Positions 27,138-42,189 of a DNA stretch of 64,000 bases are shown one piece after another. The position numbers and the translations under genes were made by a program. This DNA is from Octopus vulgaris (Eukaryota). The notes beneath the pieces were generated by a model. It did not search any database. It saw only the letters and a program-made list of their open reading frames with translations, and was not told where the DNA came from. Positions within the stretch are counted from its first letter, which is position 1, and every line of letters starts with the position of its first letter. The stretch lies in assembly GCA_951406725.2 (NCBI GenBank), contig OX597819.1, positions 68,944,001 to 69,008,000 of the forward strand, given 5' to 3'.

Positions 27138-27200
27138 TTTGAGCTGACGAAAGAAATGCTGATTTTATTTGGCTAATCTTGAAACGTTGACGTACTCAAA
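27138..27200 (+). ncRNA. Hammerhead ribozyme, canonical core intact
   Basis: TTTGAG-CTGACGA-AAGA aat GCTGA..TTGGC taa TCTT-GAAA-CGT tg ACG-TA-CTCAAA; predicted cleavage after GUA at 27194. Confidence 0.8.
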
Positions 27201-27386
27201 CGATCTATGTACTTGTGATATTTTTCTGTATTTACCCCCAAACCTTCGTGAGCTGTCTGGAGTAAACATTATCTGAGAGAAATTTTTCTTTAAGTAGTAG
27301 AAATGCTAAGAAAATTTTTTTTTTTTGGCTACTATTTCTACTAAGTTCAGTATGTGACAAAGTAATTTATTTTACTAAGCCCTAAT

Positions 27387-27457
<71 letters not shown>

Positions 27458-27459
27458 TA

Positions 27460-27980
27460 AAGTTGGTCATTACAAGTACAGAATTGATACACTGTCTATA
27501 GATTCTGTACTTGGAATGACCAATTTTACATACTGTTAAATCTTACTCAAAAGCTATTGGAATCTTACATATATATCATTCTTCCTAAAAAATGGATATA
27601 CAACTTCAATATCCCTACATATCTCACATCTATTTTCTTTTCTCCACCTCACTCTCTATTTTGTATCCTATCTAAATAAACTATTACTTAACCATCCTCT
27701 CATACCGTCTCCAAATAAGGGATATAATTAATAAATACCCTGGAAACAGCTGTAAGACGTATCTATAAATGTTCTAATATCTACACAGCCTTGCATTTTT
27801 AATTCATTAGGCTAAAAAAAACTTATATACGCACGCTGACATTTGACCAACTTTGAACCCTGTATTCGCAAAATCACCGAACCTGTAACTTAACTATGGT
27901 CTGTCTATAGCACTTATTCAGCATTACCTGACACCTTTGGGTCTCAATGACACCATTACCTCTTATAATATGACCTCAAT
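27460..27980 (+). mobile_element. Non-coding PLE-like insertion in (TA)n with a terminal hairpin and decayed HHR (27706-27759)
   Basis: Hairpin 27462-27526; CGTCT..GGGAT..ACCC..GAAA-CAGCTG-TA-AGACG; 27860-27960 recurs at 34560-34662. Confidence 0.55.
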
Positions 27981-27982
27981 AT

Positions 27983-28031
<49 letters not shown>

Positions 28032-28067
28032 TATATACACACACACTTTTATATAGATATATATATG

Positions 28068-28108
<41 letters not shown>

Positions 28109-28852
28109 TTATATATACATGAATATATGCACCTTTTTATGCATATATATACATTTATACGTATATATGAGCATGCTTATATTCATACGTAATATATGTA
28201 TACAAATGAATACAACGAATAACATATATTTCTTACATATTTTGAAATTTTCACATTAAATAATTTATATTAACTAAAATCACGGGCTGTATATATAACT
28301 TTTAAAGCTGAGCCGAGAACGACATTTAATTAAGATAATAAATCATAAATTAATAGTTAATATGCAGCAGAATCAAATAATCGAATTTCACTATGTCTAA
28401 GCAGTCTCAAAGAAGAAAATCTAAATTTAAACTTCATTAAAAATGAATAAAAAGATATGGCACCGTTCGTACGTGATGGCTTAATTAAGATATGATTATA
28501 ATAAAATACGTAAATTTTATCTTACTATTTCAATATAGCTTAATCATTTTTGAAAAAAACAGACTGTGAAACCATTAATCACATCGATATATTACATCCT
28601 GTCTCATATATATATATATCTGTGCGTGTGTGTATGTGTGTGTTTGTGTGTGTGTGTGAGTTTACGTATGTGTATGACATTGATTTTATGTACATATGCC
28701 ATATAATCAATTGTGACCGACGAATAATTCGACGTTATGTTAGTTATTCATTAAAATATCGTCTTGAATTATGTACCTTTCTGCCTCACTCTATCTCTCT
28801 CTCCCACTCTACACGCATACACACAGTCACTCAAACGCATACACACTGTATA

Positions 28853-28896
<44 letters not shown>

Positions 28897-29392
28897 TAGT
28901 TTGTGTTCATGAATCAATGCGCATGAAAGTCCGCGTCCTTAACGGAATGGACTTGCTCTAACTTGGAAGAAAATATTGAAATTTTCGACGCCATATCGCT
29001 TTCAGTTATTGTTGTTGGTAGCTGATCCTTCGACACTGACTTTCAACAGGCTTTTTCACATACATTCCCGGCATGACTAGTCTTCTCGCCTCCCAAGTAT
29101 TTTACTTCTGTGACTAAATATTCTAATTCCTGTTTGATCACAACAAAAGATAATTTGCAACATATTAGGTACGTTTCTTTTTTGTTATGTTATTTGCTTT
29201 TATAGTGGTGCCCTCGATCGTTCGCCTTCGTCTGTTTCGGTGTATTCTTTTAAAAATGGAAGCAGTCTGGGCTTTCTCAGCAAATCTTAATATAGATTAC
29301 AGTGGTGCGATGAAGAGAAACCTCTAAATATTGGTTTCCCATTTTAGCAGAAACCAGCAATTTTTGAGGGATGTAAAGTTCATTACATTCTG

Positions 29393-29750
29393 CCTTCTAT
29401 AGGTACAAGGAGTGAAATTTCAGAGGAGGCGGCCAGTCGATTAGATCGACCCCGGTACGTAACCGATACTTATTTACTTGACCCCAAAATGATTGAAAGG
29501 CAAAGACGATCTCGGCGGAAGTTGAACTCAGAACGTAGCGACGGGCGAAATACCGCTAAGCATTTCGCCTGGTGCGCTAACGATCTGCCAGCACGCCGCA
29601 GTACCCCACATTCCATTGGTGCTTATTTTATCGACCTCGAGGAGATGAAATGCAAAGTAGACCTCGGTGGAGTTGGAGCGCAGACATTTCGGACGAAGTG
29701 CCGTTAACCCTTTTATACGGAGTGCTAACAATTCTGCCACCTGTCTGCCT
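29393..29750 (-). mobile_element. Two adjacent SINE family 2 copies
   Basis: 29393-29600 and 29615-29750 match the reverse complement of 32239-32452. Confidence 0.8.
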
Positions 29751-32238
29751 TCTAGAAATCTCTAAATATAAAATATAGTTTGAAACAAAATCTAGTAATT
29801 GATTGTGGTTCGAATGGGAAGGTCAGCTGATTTCTCGATTGAAATGTGAGTGTATAGTAGAGTCTATGATAGCTTAAATAAGAATTTTAGGTATATATTT
29901 CGATTCAGCTGTATTAATTTCAAAATCGTCGTTTATCGATGTTGAAGAATGTTTCTTTGAGCCCAAAGAAATAATTACGTGTAATATAAACACTACATAA
30001 AATGGCAAGTTATGAATGTTGTCACTGATAGATGGAGAGAAAAGTTATTTGTTTTAAGTCGTTTTTTTTTCTCCTGAATTAAAACTAGCCATCTTAATTC
30101 GCTAGTATTTTCGCTGAATTTAATCAAATTTATGAGTAAATTGCCTAATATCTTTGTTACAAGGTATTAGAATCTTTCTTCAAAGTTTCGTTTATAAGTG
30201 AAATTAAAAGAAGATAACTTGCAAGTTATTAGCTGTTTCAAGTGAAAACATCAATCATTTGATTGTTGCCGCTTAAGTATATAAAACAGCAAAGTGATAT
30301 TTGTTTCTCGGAAATAATTTATCACTAGTTTTATAAACATTATTTGTAACATCGTTTTTATAGAGTCTATGAAGTAATTAGTATAAGTTAATTAAATACC
30401 ATGATTTATTGTAATGATACTTTACAATTCTCATGCTCAGTGTTCTTCAGAAAATATACGAGTATTTGTAAGAATAATTATTGAGTTCTATGTTTCTGTC
30501 TTTCATTTTAATTGTAAAACTGTTTTTATTAAACGCACAAATTAAGAATTATTGTTTATTGTTTTCATAATATTCTTGTTAATATAAACATGATTAAAAC
30601 CGATATAGAGGCATAGAGAGGAGAGTGTTGGACAAAAAGCTTTATACCAATGAATTATATCCTGATAAGATTTTATTTCAAATTTCTTTGTTTGAATTTC
30701 AAGATTGCCTTTTCTTTCGCCGGGGTTGATTAAACATCGAACTGCAATTTGTTTCCTCATACAGATATAGCAAATAAACATAAAGGAAAGAATTCAAGAA
30801 TGAAATATTCACTGATTTAGCGAATAATTTGCAAAATATGCTATGAATAATATTAAATGTGCAAACAAATATATTTTACATATCCATATACGGATCGATG
30901 CTTTTAGATAAGCCCTTATTTTGTGAAAACTGTTGCTTCCGCTTTATTAGGGTTATGAACACAGTCTATGGCTGATTATATAAGAAACCGTGCTATAATA
31001 GTAATTTTTTCCACTAACGAATTCGGTCACTTTCAAACTTTATTTCCGACCGAAAAAGGTTATTAAATGTATCAACCTAACCAGTTTCCCTGTGGTGGGG
31101 GTACGTGTACATTTCATGAGTTTTACACATTTCAGAAGACAGACTCAGCAAGAAAAACATGAACAGCTGATTCTCTTTGTTAACTCATTTAGCTCATTAT
31201 TTGTAGCGCATTTCCCCTCCTCTCACCGCTTCTCTCTAAATACATACAACACATACTTGTACTTTCATTACTGACTCACAATTTGCTAACTATGGAAGCT
31301 CTAACAAGTTTCCTATTAAAACTTATTTCAATAGAATACAACAATGGTTCTTAAGCCAATTGTTACTCGCGTTTTTCTTTCTTCCATTTTAAAGCAAAGA
31401 GAAATAGTTTATTGCACTTTGAACATAATGCCAAATCGCATATGTTGAAAAGCTATTCATATAAAGTTGCCGAAAAGGATGAATATTTAAAAACGAACAG
31501 AAAATTATATAATCTGCTTTATTAATATATCAAGTATTTCCAGCTGTATTTTTAGTAGTGTTTACCACACAGTTATATAATTTTCATGGCTCACCTATCT
31601 GCTCTCGCGACACGCCTTTCGGGGAATCATTCAATATATATTAAACAAAATTATGACTGCAGGAATAACTCCTTCGATAAAGTAACAGGGTTGTTCTGTG
31701 GCAAAATGCACGTGGCGCCTGCCAAAATACCTTGCAAATATTTACGCACATTCACTTGAATTCCGATTCAAACACCTACATAGAAATTTGTATTTTTCTT
31801 AATTGCGAAGTGAAAAATATAGGTATAATAGCGGTCAGCCCTTAAAATAAAGAACAATGACATCCTAGCCCAAATTTACGATAATGGGAATAGATTAGAA
31901 AATTCATTTAAGATTGCCGAAGTCGATAAGCAGGCAGAAAAGTTACTGTGTTAGCCAAAATTCTAAGTAGCGTTTCTTCCCGCATATTACGTTTTCAGTT
32001 TAAATTGCCTTTCATCCATTCAGGGAGAATAAAATTTAGTAATATCCAAATACGAGAATTGACAAGATTGACCTTATCCTCTCTCCTAAAATTGATTAGC
32101 CCTGTCCCAAAATTAGAAGAAAATAGTAGTATGGTCGACAAATTCTTAGAATCGTTCAGCTTAGGCATGCCTATCTTCCATTGGTGGTAATTTAAAACAC
32201 GAAACAAGTTAAGTTCGAATGTTGTTGTACCTTCATAC

Positions 32239-32452
32239 TAAGGCGGCTTGCTGGCAGAAACGTTAGAACCCCGGGCGAAATACTTTGCGTTATTTCGTCT
32301 GACATTACGTTGTGAGTTCAAATACCGCCGAGTCATCTTTACATTGCATCCTTTCGGGGTCAATAAATTAAGTACCAATTGTGAAATGGAGTCGATCTAA
32401 TCGACTGGCCCGCTCCCTCAAAATTTCGGGCCTTGTGCCTTGAGTAGAAAAG
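32239..32452 (+). mobile_element. SINE family 2 (tRNA head plus a CATCCTTTCGGGGTC.ATAAATTAAGTACC central domain)
   Basis: AAGGCGGC..GCTGGCAGAA A box, GAGTTCAAATAC B box; several copies in the window. Confidence 0.85.
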
Positions 32453-32603
32453 GATACCTTCGCCCGAAATTCATGACGATATGCATCATTGTATAGTGAA
32501 TTCCATTAAAGGAATAGCACAAAATTCAAGCTCGAATAAATATTACATGCTAAACAAGGCATTCATTTCGAACAACACCGCACTAAATTTTGTCGGAATA
32601 TAA

Positions 32604-32643
<40 letters not shown>

Positions 32644-32739
32644 TGTTTGTCAGACCAAAGGAAGACATATTTTTTAAGCTATTTATATAAAGGTTCAGAA
32701 ATTACACAAACTTTCGAAGGAAAGGAAATTATATTAAAT

Positions 32740-32753
32740 GATAATAATATTAA

Positions 32754-32849
<96 letters not shown>

Positions 32850-32875
32850 GATTAATAATAATAATAATAATAATG
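32740..32875. repeat. (ACT)n(AAT)n microsatellite
   Basis: Direct observation. Confidence 0.95.
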
Positions 32876-33824
32876 ATGTGTAAAAATTTTTCTTCGAGAA
32901 ATTTCCTCAGTGCGATAACGTAAATATTCTAATCTATTTAATTTTATGTCGTTCCGTTGCATTTTTATTTGCTTGTAAAATTCGCTAACATCCAGCACTA
33001 TATGAATAAACTACACAACGATTCTTTCATTTTTTTCTGACTAACCTTATTATTTTTACCAATATGCTATTCCATACACGCCCTAGAACATTTTAAGACA
33101 CGCACATACACACACACACACACACATATATCTATACTCACATGTTAAACAGTTTATATTTGAAGCATGTATTATTAAAAGCAGTTTTTGCACATTTCAT
33201 TGGCATTTCACATTCCTTTATCCGCCTCTAATGCCATGTTCAGAACAAACATATTTCCGAAGTTCATTGATGATTCTATTTATTCCTAAATTATTCTTAT
33301 ATCCGGCATTATAAGGGTGCGTTTCATGATATTCATTTAATTTTGTTTCTCTTCCTCTGCGGCGAATAATATAAAAGCCTTTCTCTTTAGCGATTTTATA
33401 AACGCCTGTCAATAGCGGATATAGAAATAATTTAGTAGCTCTAAAACTGTGCAATAGAGAAGCAAATATTACACAATATGTATAACACTCCAAACAACCA
33501 GTTACAAAAATGTCATACAAAATATGTAACATATGAAAGCAAATCTGCATGACTCGGAAAGCGGTCATTTTTTTTCTTTGTTTTCAAAAGGCTCTTAAAC
33601 ATGACATAATATGTATTTGTAGCCAATCATAAACACATATGAATAATGTATTAAATTGCATTAATAAAATTCTCATCAAAAACAATAAACCAGCCTGCAA
33701 TATCTGAATATAAACAACGTGTGGCCAAAGAAATTTACAAATTCATAGGCAAATACATGTAAATTGTAAAAGTTATGAATTTATAACGGTTTCAGTGAAC
33801 ATATAATCACTCCATTTTGTTATT

Positions 33825-33876
<52 letters not shown>

Positions 33877-34468
33877 GGAGAGAGAGAGAGGGCGGGAGAG
33901 ATAGAGAGATAGATATACATATACATATATATGTATGTATTTATATATGTGTATATATATATATATACTTATATATATATATATATATACATATGTATTA
34001 TGTATCTATGTATGTACGTATGTATGTATGTATGCATGCATACGGAGCGTTTAGTCTGCATCGTTCTAGTCTGCATGGAATTATACACCTAAGAATCTTA
34101 CCCAGTTACTAAGGTTATGTTTGCCGCTTGATCTGCATGCGAAATTCTCTCATATAAATAACAATTTCTTTATAAATATAATGCATATATTAACTACTTT
34201 ACTAATAATAGCAAAAATGTGAAAAAGAACGATGCTTGAGATTACTGTTGTCATAATCCCCTCCCGATTTGCAAAACAAGAAGCTGTGTTTCGACAGAAG
34301 CAATATTATAAACATTCTCGCAAACCAAATTGAGAAAGGAAAGTAGTTCCACCACCTCTCTTTCTCTCTTCCTCTCTTTCTCTCTTTCTCTCTCTTTCTC
34401 ACTATATATATACGTATGTATATTTCTAGGTGCATATAAGTTTGTGTGTGTATATATAATATATACTT

Positions 34469-34528
<60 letters not shown>

Positions 34529-34737
34529 GTATGTGTGTGTGTGTGTGCATATATATAAACTCCTTATTCGCACAATCACCGAACCTGGAGCTTAACTAGT
34601 CTGTCCATAGCACTTACTCAGCATTACCTGACACCTTTGTGCAATCTTGACACCATTACCTATAGGTATACATATACATGTACAATACATGCATATATAT
34701 ATATATATGTATATATATATACGTATGTATATATGCA

Positions 34738-34805
<68 letters not shown>

Positions 34806-36267
34806 GGAAAATTGAATAAGTAGACGAACGCTCGCGATGTTAGTAAACCATTTATATCTGGAAGTTTCCTACATATGTTTCGACGGACGCACTCAAAAAA
34901 TGTCAGAGAGGATAAATCATGGTCAGTAATACACTAGTCTCAATAGGAAGGATATAAATAACAGATATGTTAACTGAAATAGAAAGTCCTATAAAATGTA
35001 ACGTTTTTATATTCATATGCACACACTCGTACACACATATAGATACACACAGATTAATATACATATATATATATAAACGCAAACACACACACACACATAC
35101 ACATATATATATATACATAAATATATAGATATACATACATACAAACACACGTAGATATATAGTCAAATACATACATAGTCAGAAATAATTTCACACACAT
35201 ATGCATATATATCTATACATACATTCGTACATATTCTCGCGGCAACGATGTAGAAACATATGCTAAAATATAAGTTTACGATCACATACTTATACATATA
35301 AGCAAACGATCATATATATACACAGGAGCGTACACATCCCAAAACATCGATAAACCTAAACACATAATTGTATACACACACACACACTTATTTAAGCACA
35401 TATACGTTATTGTTCATTGACAAATTACTTATGTACGAATAGGGGACTCTGGGAATTTAAAATGACGTTGTTGAAACAGACTAGAGATTGTGAGTGAAGG
35501 AGAAGAGGTATAAAAAGATAGGGAGGGGGAAAGAAAGGAAGAATAAAGCAAGTTAAAAAAGAGACATATAATACATATAATACATATGAAGAAGACGGTG
35601 GATGTCCTCGACCTGATTATACATTCTCGTGTTTGTTCGATCGATGCTGACCATCGGCTCAAGAAAATCGTTTGCAAGGCGAGAACGAGCTTCAGGCTTA
35701 CCCCTGCCAAAACTTGGTGGAAGCGGGAATAAAAGGGCTTTGAACATTCTGGTTGGACCTGGGTCTGCACGCACAAAGCGAATTCCGTTGTTGCAGTTAT
35801 AACACTGATCTTGCGTGGGGATCAAAATAATATCATGAACAACGGTAGTCCGTTCCTCAATATTATGTTATCCTACACGAAACCAAGAATATTGATTACT
35901 GAACTCCTTTTAGCAGAAAAAGTATACCTAACACAAATATAGCAGCCCCAGCGATACTCTAATTCTGTGAGTAGATATAAAATTCACTACATTCACGATG
36001 AAGCGGCATTAAAATATTATATTGTCACAATAAAAACCAGGAAGGTGTTGAAATGTCCACGGACCTCGGAAATGTGCTGCTTTTACCTTTTTTTTAATAC
36101 TAAACAATACATTAGTACATTACAACGCGATGAGAAAATAGTTGTTACAATGTGTAAAGATATGATATTTGTAGTAGTGCGAAGGAAAATCACATATATA
36201 AACACACTTTGATATACAAATATATGTTTACAAGTGTGTGTGTTGAGTAGATATGTGCACACACACG

Positions 36268-36298
<31 letters not shown>

Positions 36299-36383
36299 GC
36301 TTAAATACGCACTACTATAATCACTAAGATACAAACACGAACACACATGCCCCACCACCAGCACAGACATACACTCGCAAACA

Positions 36384-36873
36384 TACAGAGTCCGAAAAAA
36401 ATGAATGCACACTTCAGGAAAGGAAAAATCAGAATAAATATTTAATATGTACAAGTACCGCGATGGAGGCACATATCCTAGAGCAGCAGACGTTTGGTCG
36501 ATGGATCGTGGGTTCGAATCTCAGACCGGGTGATGAGTGTGATTGTGAGCGACACACCTATGTTCCACGCGGCTCCGGCAGAAGGTAAATGGCGAAATTC
36601 TGCTGGCTCTTTCGCCACAACTTTCTCTCACTCTTTTCTCCAGCATCTAGCAGCTCAATTGTGACAGACTGGCGTCTCATCCAGTTGGGGGAACCTATAC
36701 TCCAATGAAACCGGGAAACCATCCCTTATGCGTCAAGCATGGCTCGAGAAGGAACAAACAACAAAATAATGACCTCTATAAATATACAATAAATTGCAAA
36801 AACACCGAATTATAATATTTATACAGATTTTTCTTTTCCTGAAGTGTGTAGACATTTTTGGGGTGGACTCTGT
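36384..36873. mobile_element. Tc1/mariner-type MITE (CAGAGTCC termini, TA flanks) containing a SINE
   Basis: CAGAGTCC..CACACTTCAGGAAAGGAAAAATC versus GATTTTTCTTTTCCTGAAGTGTG..GGACTCTG. Confidence 0.75.
36462..36765 (+). mobile_element. SINE family 3 (tRNA head, V-domain-like core)
   Basis: B box GGGTTCGAATCTC; GACAGACTGGCGTCTCATCCAG; AAC-rich tail. Confidence 0.7.
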
Positions 36874-36979
36874 ATATTTCACTATTTAGAACAAACTAAC
36901 TTATGTTCTTAAATGTCGCTGCCCCCATGTTACGGTCCCGGATTTTTTCGCCGAATGAATCGGCACCACTACATTTTTG

Positions 36980-37292
36980 TTTACATTTTCAGCCTCGTAC
37001 TTATTCAGTCGTTCACTTCTTTCACAAAATCACTAAGTAACAGGGACGTAAATACACCACCGCCGGTTTTGAAGCAGTAGGGAGGCACAAACAGACACAA
37101 ACACAAGCACACACACACACATATTTAGCCTGGTAAATCTATGTGTTTATGTGCGTGTGTGCGTACGTATTTATGTATAGGACGGGCATCTTTGAGTTTT
37201 CGTCTACCAAATCCACTGACAGGGCTTTCTTCGACATGTGATACCTTGCAGTTGAGAAGCAAACCCTTTATAATACAGCTATCTCTGCTCCT
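36980..37292 (-). mobile_element. SINE family 1, degenerate
   Basis: GGGACGTAAATACACCAC and CGTCTACCAAATCCACT blocks. Confidence 0.7.
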
Positions 37293-38134
37293 AGGATAAC
37301 GACAACAATGATAAAAGCATATTTACCGATGCAATGGAACATAACTCTCAACGGTGTATGTACGCTTAATATTGTACATGGACGCTTATTTTATCAGTAG
37401 AGTACACCGAGATTTTATTTCAGCCCGGCAGCGTCTCGCAGTATCAGTGAATGTATTACTCAACGTTTCTTACATACTGGAAGTGGCAGCTTTCATTTAT
37501 GATAAGTGATTGCGATCATACGTATTTGTTATGTCGTCGCCAACAATGTTATGACGACGTTGTGTTCTGCACAAGGGTGTAGGAATAGTAGTACCCAAAT
37601 AAATAGTTGGATATTTTTATCTATCGTAACTTTTTGCAGGATTAATACGTTCACGCGGAACGTAATCCCTACTACGTCAAGCGTAATTACGATATTAAAC
37701 TAACGCAGTAACCAATACGGACGATCAATGCTGTCAACTGCTCCCTGTCACCTGCCGATAGTTCACACATAATCTTTACTTTATTGAAATGTGTCAGACC
37801 ACATTTGGTCACGCGGGGGGTTGTCAGGATCCTTCCACAACAGTAGTAGGCAAGGTTCAAGGATGTTGGAAGTAATATTCCCTCTCCTGAAACACTGTTG
37901 TGACGATTTGTCCTCTCTCTGTGATATATACTGCATCCATAACAGAGCACGTCTATTAAGATTTCATATTTACTCTTTCACGAAACTCAAACCGCCATGC
38001 CTCTCCACACCGAGTATGTGTTAATAACGATACCTAAATAGTCATTTTAGTATAATATCGTTTCATTTACGAAAACATCGAATTTTTATACAAATTCATA
38101 TTTGTGAGTGTATCTGTCCACGTGAACAAATGTA

Positions 38135-38359
<225 letters not shown>

Positions 38360-38646
38360 CGGTAATGTGTATGTACAACATATGATAGTGAGAGTTTTGT
38401 TAAAAGGTTCTCGACGCTTTCAAAATAATACTTTTGCTATTTTTAATTCAATTGCTGTGAGGGGCCCCACTAAATCCAATAAGCGAATCTATGTGTGCGT
38501 AAAATTTATGATAACGCGTGTGTACATGTATACGTATGTCTAACTACATATATATTAATGTCAGTATATATATATATATATATATATAAAAGTTAGTATG
38601 GATGTACATATGTTTATAAATACTATGCGTACATACATACATCAAT

Positions 38647-38709
<63 letters not shown>

Positions 38710-39084
38710 TACATGCATACAAACACGGACAGATGAACAGCCACAAATGCACGCATTGTTTTTGAACGTTTATTTAAATATATATTCTCACTTATGTGAA
38801 TCTAGCATTTCTCGCTTATTTTGCGCATTCATTTACATATATTTTACATACATACATCGTTATCGTCAGATATTTGACTAAACAGTTTCCAAATTAATTC
38901 CATCATGTTTCTGCTAATCCTTGTAAGATATATTTAGATTACATGTGTAGCATCCGCTATTTTGCAACAACTAGTCTTCCATCGATATTAACCGATTATA
39001 TACATATGGAATAATAAGGACAACAACAAAAATAACGATAACAATAATAAAAGCAACAACTACAACAACATCAATAAAAACATC

Positions 39085-39602
39085 TCTTTCTAAGGGTAGA
39101 GAGTAAAAGCATAAATTTTGGTGGAATGATTGGTAATTGTATACGTCGACTGCAGAGCCCAGCTGGTATTCATTGCATCGCTCTGAAGAGGATGGAACAC
39201 TGATGACCACACCAGAATTTGAACGAAATGCCGATAATCCTTTTATACGACGTGTTAAGGATTATGTAAGTCATTTTACTGCAGCCATGCTGGAGTTCAA
39301 CTCGACCCCAGGACTTATTCTTTGTAAGCCCAGTACTTATTTTATCGGTCTCTTAAGCGAAACCGCTAAGTTACGGGGACGTAAACACACCAGCATTTGT
39401 TGTCAAGCGGTGTTGGGGGGACAAACACACACACAAACATACATATATATACATATATACAATGGGCTTCTTTCAGTTTCCGTCTACCAAATCCAATCAC
39501 AAGGCTTTGGTCGGCCCGAGGCTATAGTAGAAGACAATTATCCAAGGTGCAACACGGAACCATGTGGTTGGTAAGCAAGCTACTTACCAGGCAGCCACTC
39601 CT
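39085..39602 (-). mobile_element. Degenerate SINE family 2 (39085-39260) adjoining SINE family 1 (39268-39602)
   Basis: Diagnostic blocks of both families. Confidence 0.75.
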
Positions 39603-40734
39603 GAACAGATTGCTTAAAGGTAAGTCAAGCTCAGGTGTGATTGCATCTTAGGACGTAAATGGACGGAATATAACTATACAAATAGTTCGATAGATTTGCA
39701 TTTATGACCTTGTATTTATGACCTTTTAATAACAGCATTTTAATCTATAAGACGTTGTTCCATTACCATTATGATGATGTGCATTATAAGGCGACGAGCT
39801 GGAGGAATACTTTAAGCATCAGAAGAAAATAGCTTTATGTTATTACTTCCGATCACAGCTGATTTCAATTTCTGTCATGAATGTCTGTGTATTTTAGCCT
39901 TTCACTGTCACTAAAATATGTATCAGTCAGGTACTCCTTCCTAAAATGGCGCCCTTGTGCAAAAAGCTGAACCGATTTATTGGGCGGCCATATTTCATTC
40001 AAATATTCCATATATGTAAATCTTGGTAGACTCGTCAGTCACTCCTGGGATTTAACTTAAAAGTTGAAGAAGCAAAAATTAACGAATGTTATTTCTTTTA
40101 AATTCTGAAATATTATATATCTTGATCACACAAAATTAAACAGTCATTGCTCTCTGAATCGTTACACAATATAGTTCTGTGAGACTTTATCAAATTATGC
40201 AAATTACCTATGTGCATTCTACTATTTTCTGCATATACCTGTGCCCCTTGGCTACTACATTTAATGTCAAACAACTGTTGTGCTGATGACAGAACGCGTC
40301 TACAGATATTTTCTTATCTCCAGATAATAAATATGTCCCTTTCTTTCAGGGCATGCCAAATTTCAAATTCTTGTGATTATTTCCCCTTCACGAGTGAAGT
40401 TGCTCTCAGTTGTTATTCGAAAATTATGATGCCTCCTCGAGAGGTGTATATAATTTAAATAAAACAAGAATTTATATTTTGGCGTTTAATACACCTGTAT
40501 TTCTCTATTGTGTTCAAATACATGAGACTGACCACTCTGAGTTATTTCTCTTAGCTCGTCGTCCTTCAACCGCTAAATCTAAAACTATCCTGACGTCATA
40601 AAATTTAATCCACCAAACTTCTTTTTTCTGTTATTACTTTCTGGCGTATATCATTTTCATTAAGTTCTACTGATTGACTAAGTTTGCTGTAAATAAAACA
40701 AATGCATGAATTATAAATATCTATGTATAAGTCT

Positions 40735-40789
<55 letters not shown>

Positions 40790-41467
40790 GAGAGGAATGG
40801 AGAGAGAGAAAGATAGAAAGAAATACAAAGATACATATATGTGCAAACATATATTAACAAATAATTCATATATGAACAATTATTTTCAAAAACAAAACCT
40901 TCTCGCATATGTTTTTGCGCTTCATTTTACTCTACCCTACATAATTCCAAGACCTCCCGCTCAAAGTAAATTAATTTACACATTTCGAAGCCTCTACATA
41001 TGACATTGTTATGTAAATATCTTCCGGTGCTTCGGGAAGGTCTTTATGCCAACAATAATCACGCGCACTCGTTACATTTCCCTTCTTTACTGTTTATTTG
41101 TCAATTGATTAACCTTGACTATTTGATTACAGTCCTGAAGTACACCTGAAATAGAAAGGGCACTTCATTGAAGAGGCAATGTGCCTTGACGAAAAAATGT
41201 TCACACACCTGACTCCTTCATGAACTGATCATTTAATCAACCAGACAAATTCGTCAAGTATTTACGCAGTTAACCATTTTTTAAAACCTTTTTTCGACAT
41301 TAGTCTACAGCTAAGCTGCGGAACCATCGGAGGGGAACTTTTAACCGAATCATTCCAATTCTCTAAAAGTATTCAATTTGTCTAAGGTACTGAGATGTAA
41401 TCATATCAACACCAGTTGTCAAGCGGTGGGGGAGAAGAAAGTAGGGCACAGAAACACAGCCCCATCC

Positions 41468-41731
<264 letters not shown>

Positions 41732-42022
41732 CTATGTTTGCAGATCAAACAAATATAAGGCCGTCCACATAACATTTCATATCTCGAACATTTAATTACA
41801 TGACGCTTTTTCTTTCACATAGAATATACATGCATAAAACCACAGAATATGAAACACGATTTATCAATACAAGTATATAAGAAAATGGTTTCTTCTTTTT
41901 TTGCTTGGACACTGGCTTTTCACAATAGGTTTTCCCTTATCTTGAAAAGTAATTTTTAATCAAAAAATTTCTAAACGATGAACTTTAATCTTACCTTATA
42001 TATCATTTATTTATATGTTTCC

Positions 42023-42058
<36 letters not shown>

Positions 42059-42148
42059 TAAGGAAAAATTTTTTTAAAAATGCAGAATGCTCAAATGAAA
42101 GAAAATTTTAATAAAATGAGAAAATGATAAAATATATAAATATATATT

Positions 42149-42189
42149 TATTCAACCGGTTTTCGTCATTGTATGACTTGTCAAGAATA
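42149..42189 (-). ncRNA. Hammerhead ribozyme, U3-A8 variant, in PLE 3' UTR
   Basis: Reverse complement of 45759-45799. Confidence 0.7.

Larger units (their letters stand above)
26013..27394. mobile_element. Retrozyme-like non-coding element: 568-nt unit, one inverted copy plus ~1.45 tandem copies, three hammerheads
   Basis: 26564-26917 and 26927-27394 are reverse complements of parts of 26013-26570; period 26570 to 27138 = 568; (TA)n on both sides. Confidence 0.85.
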
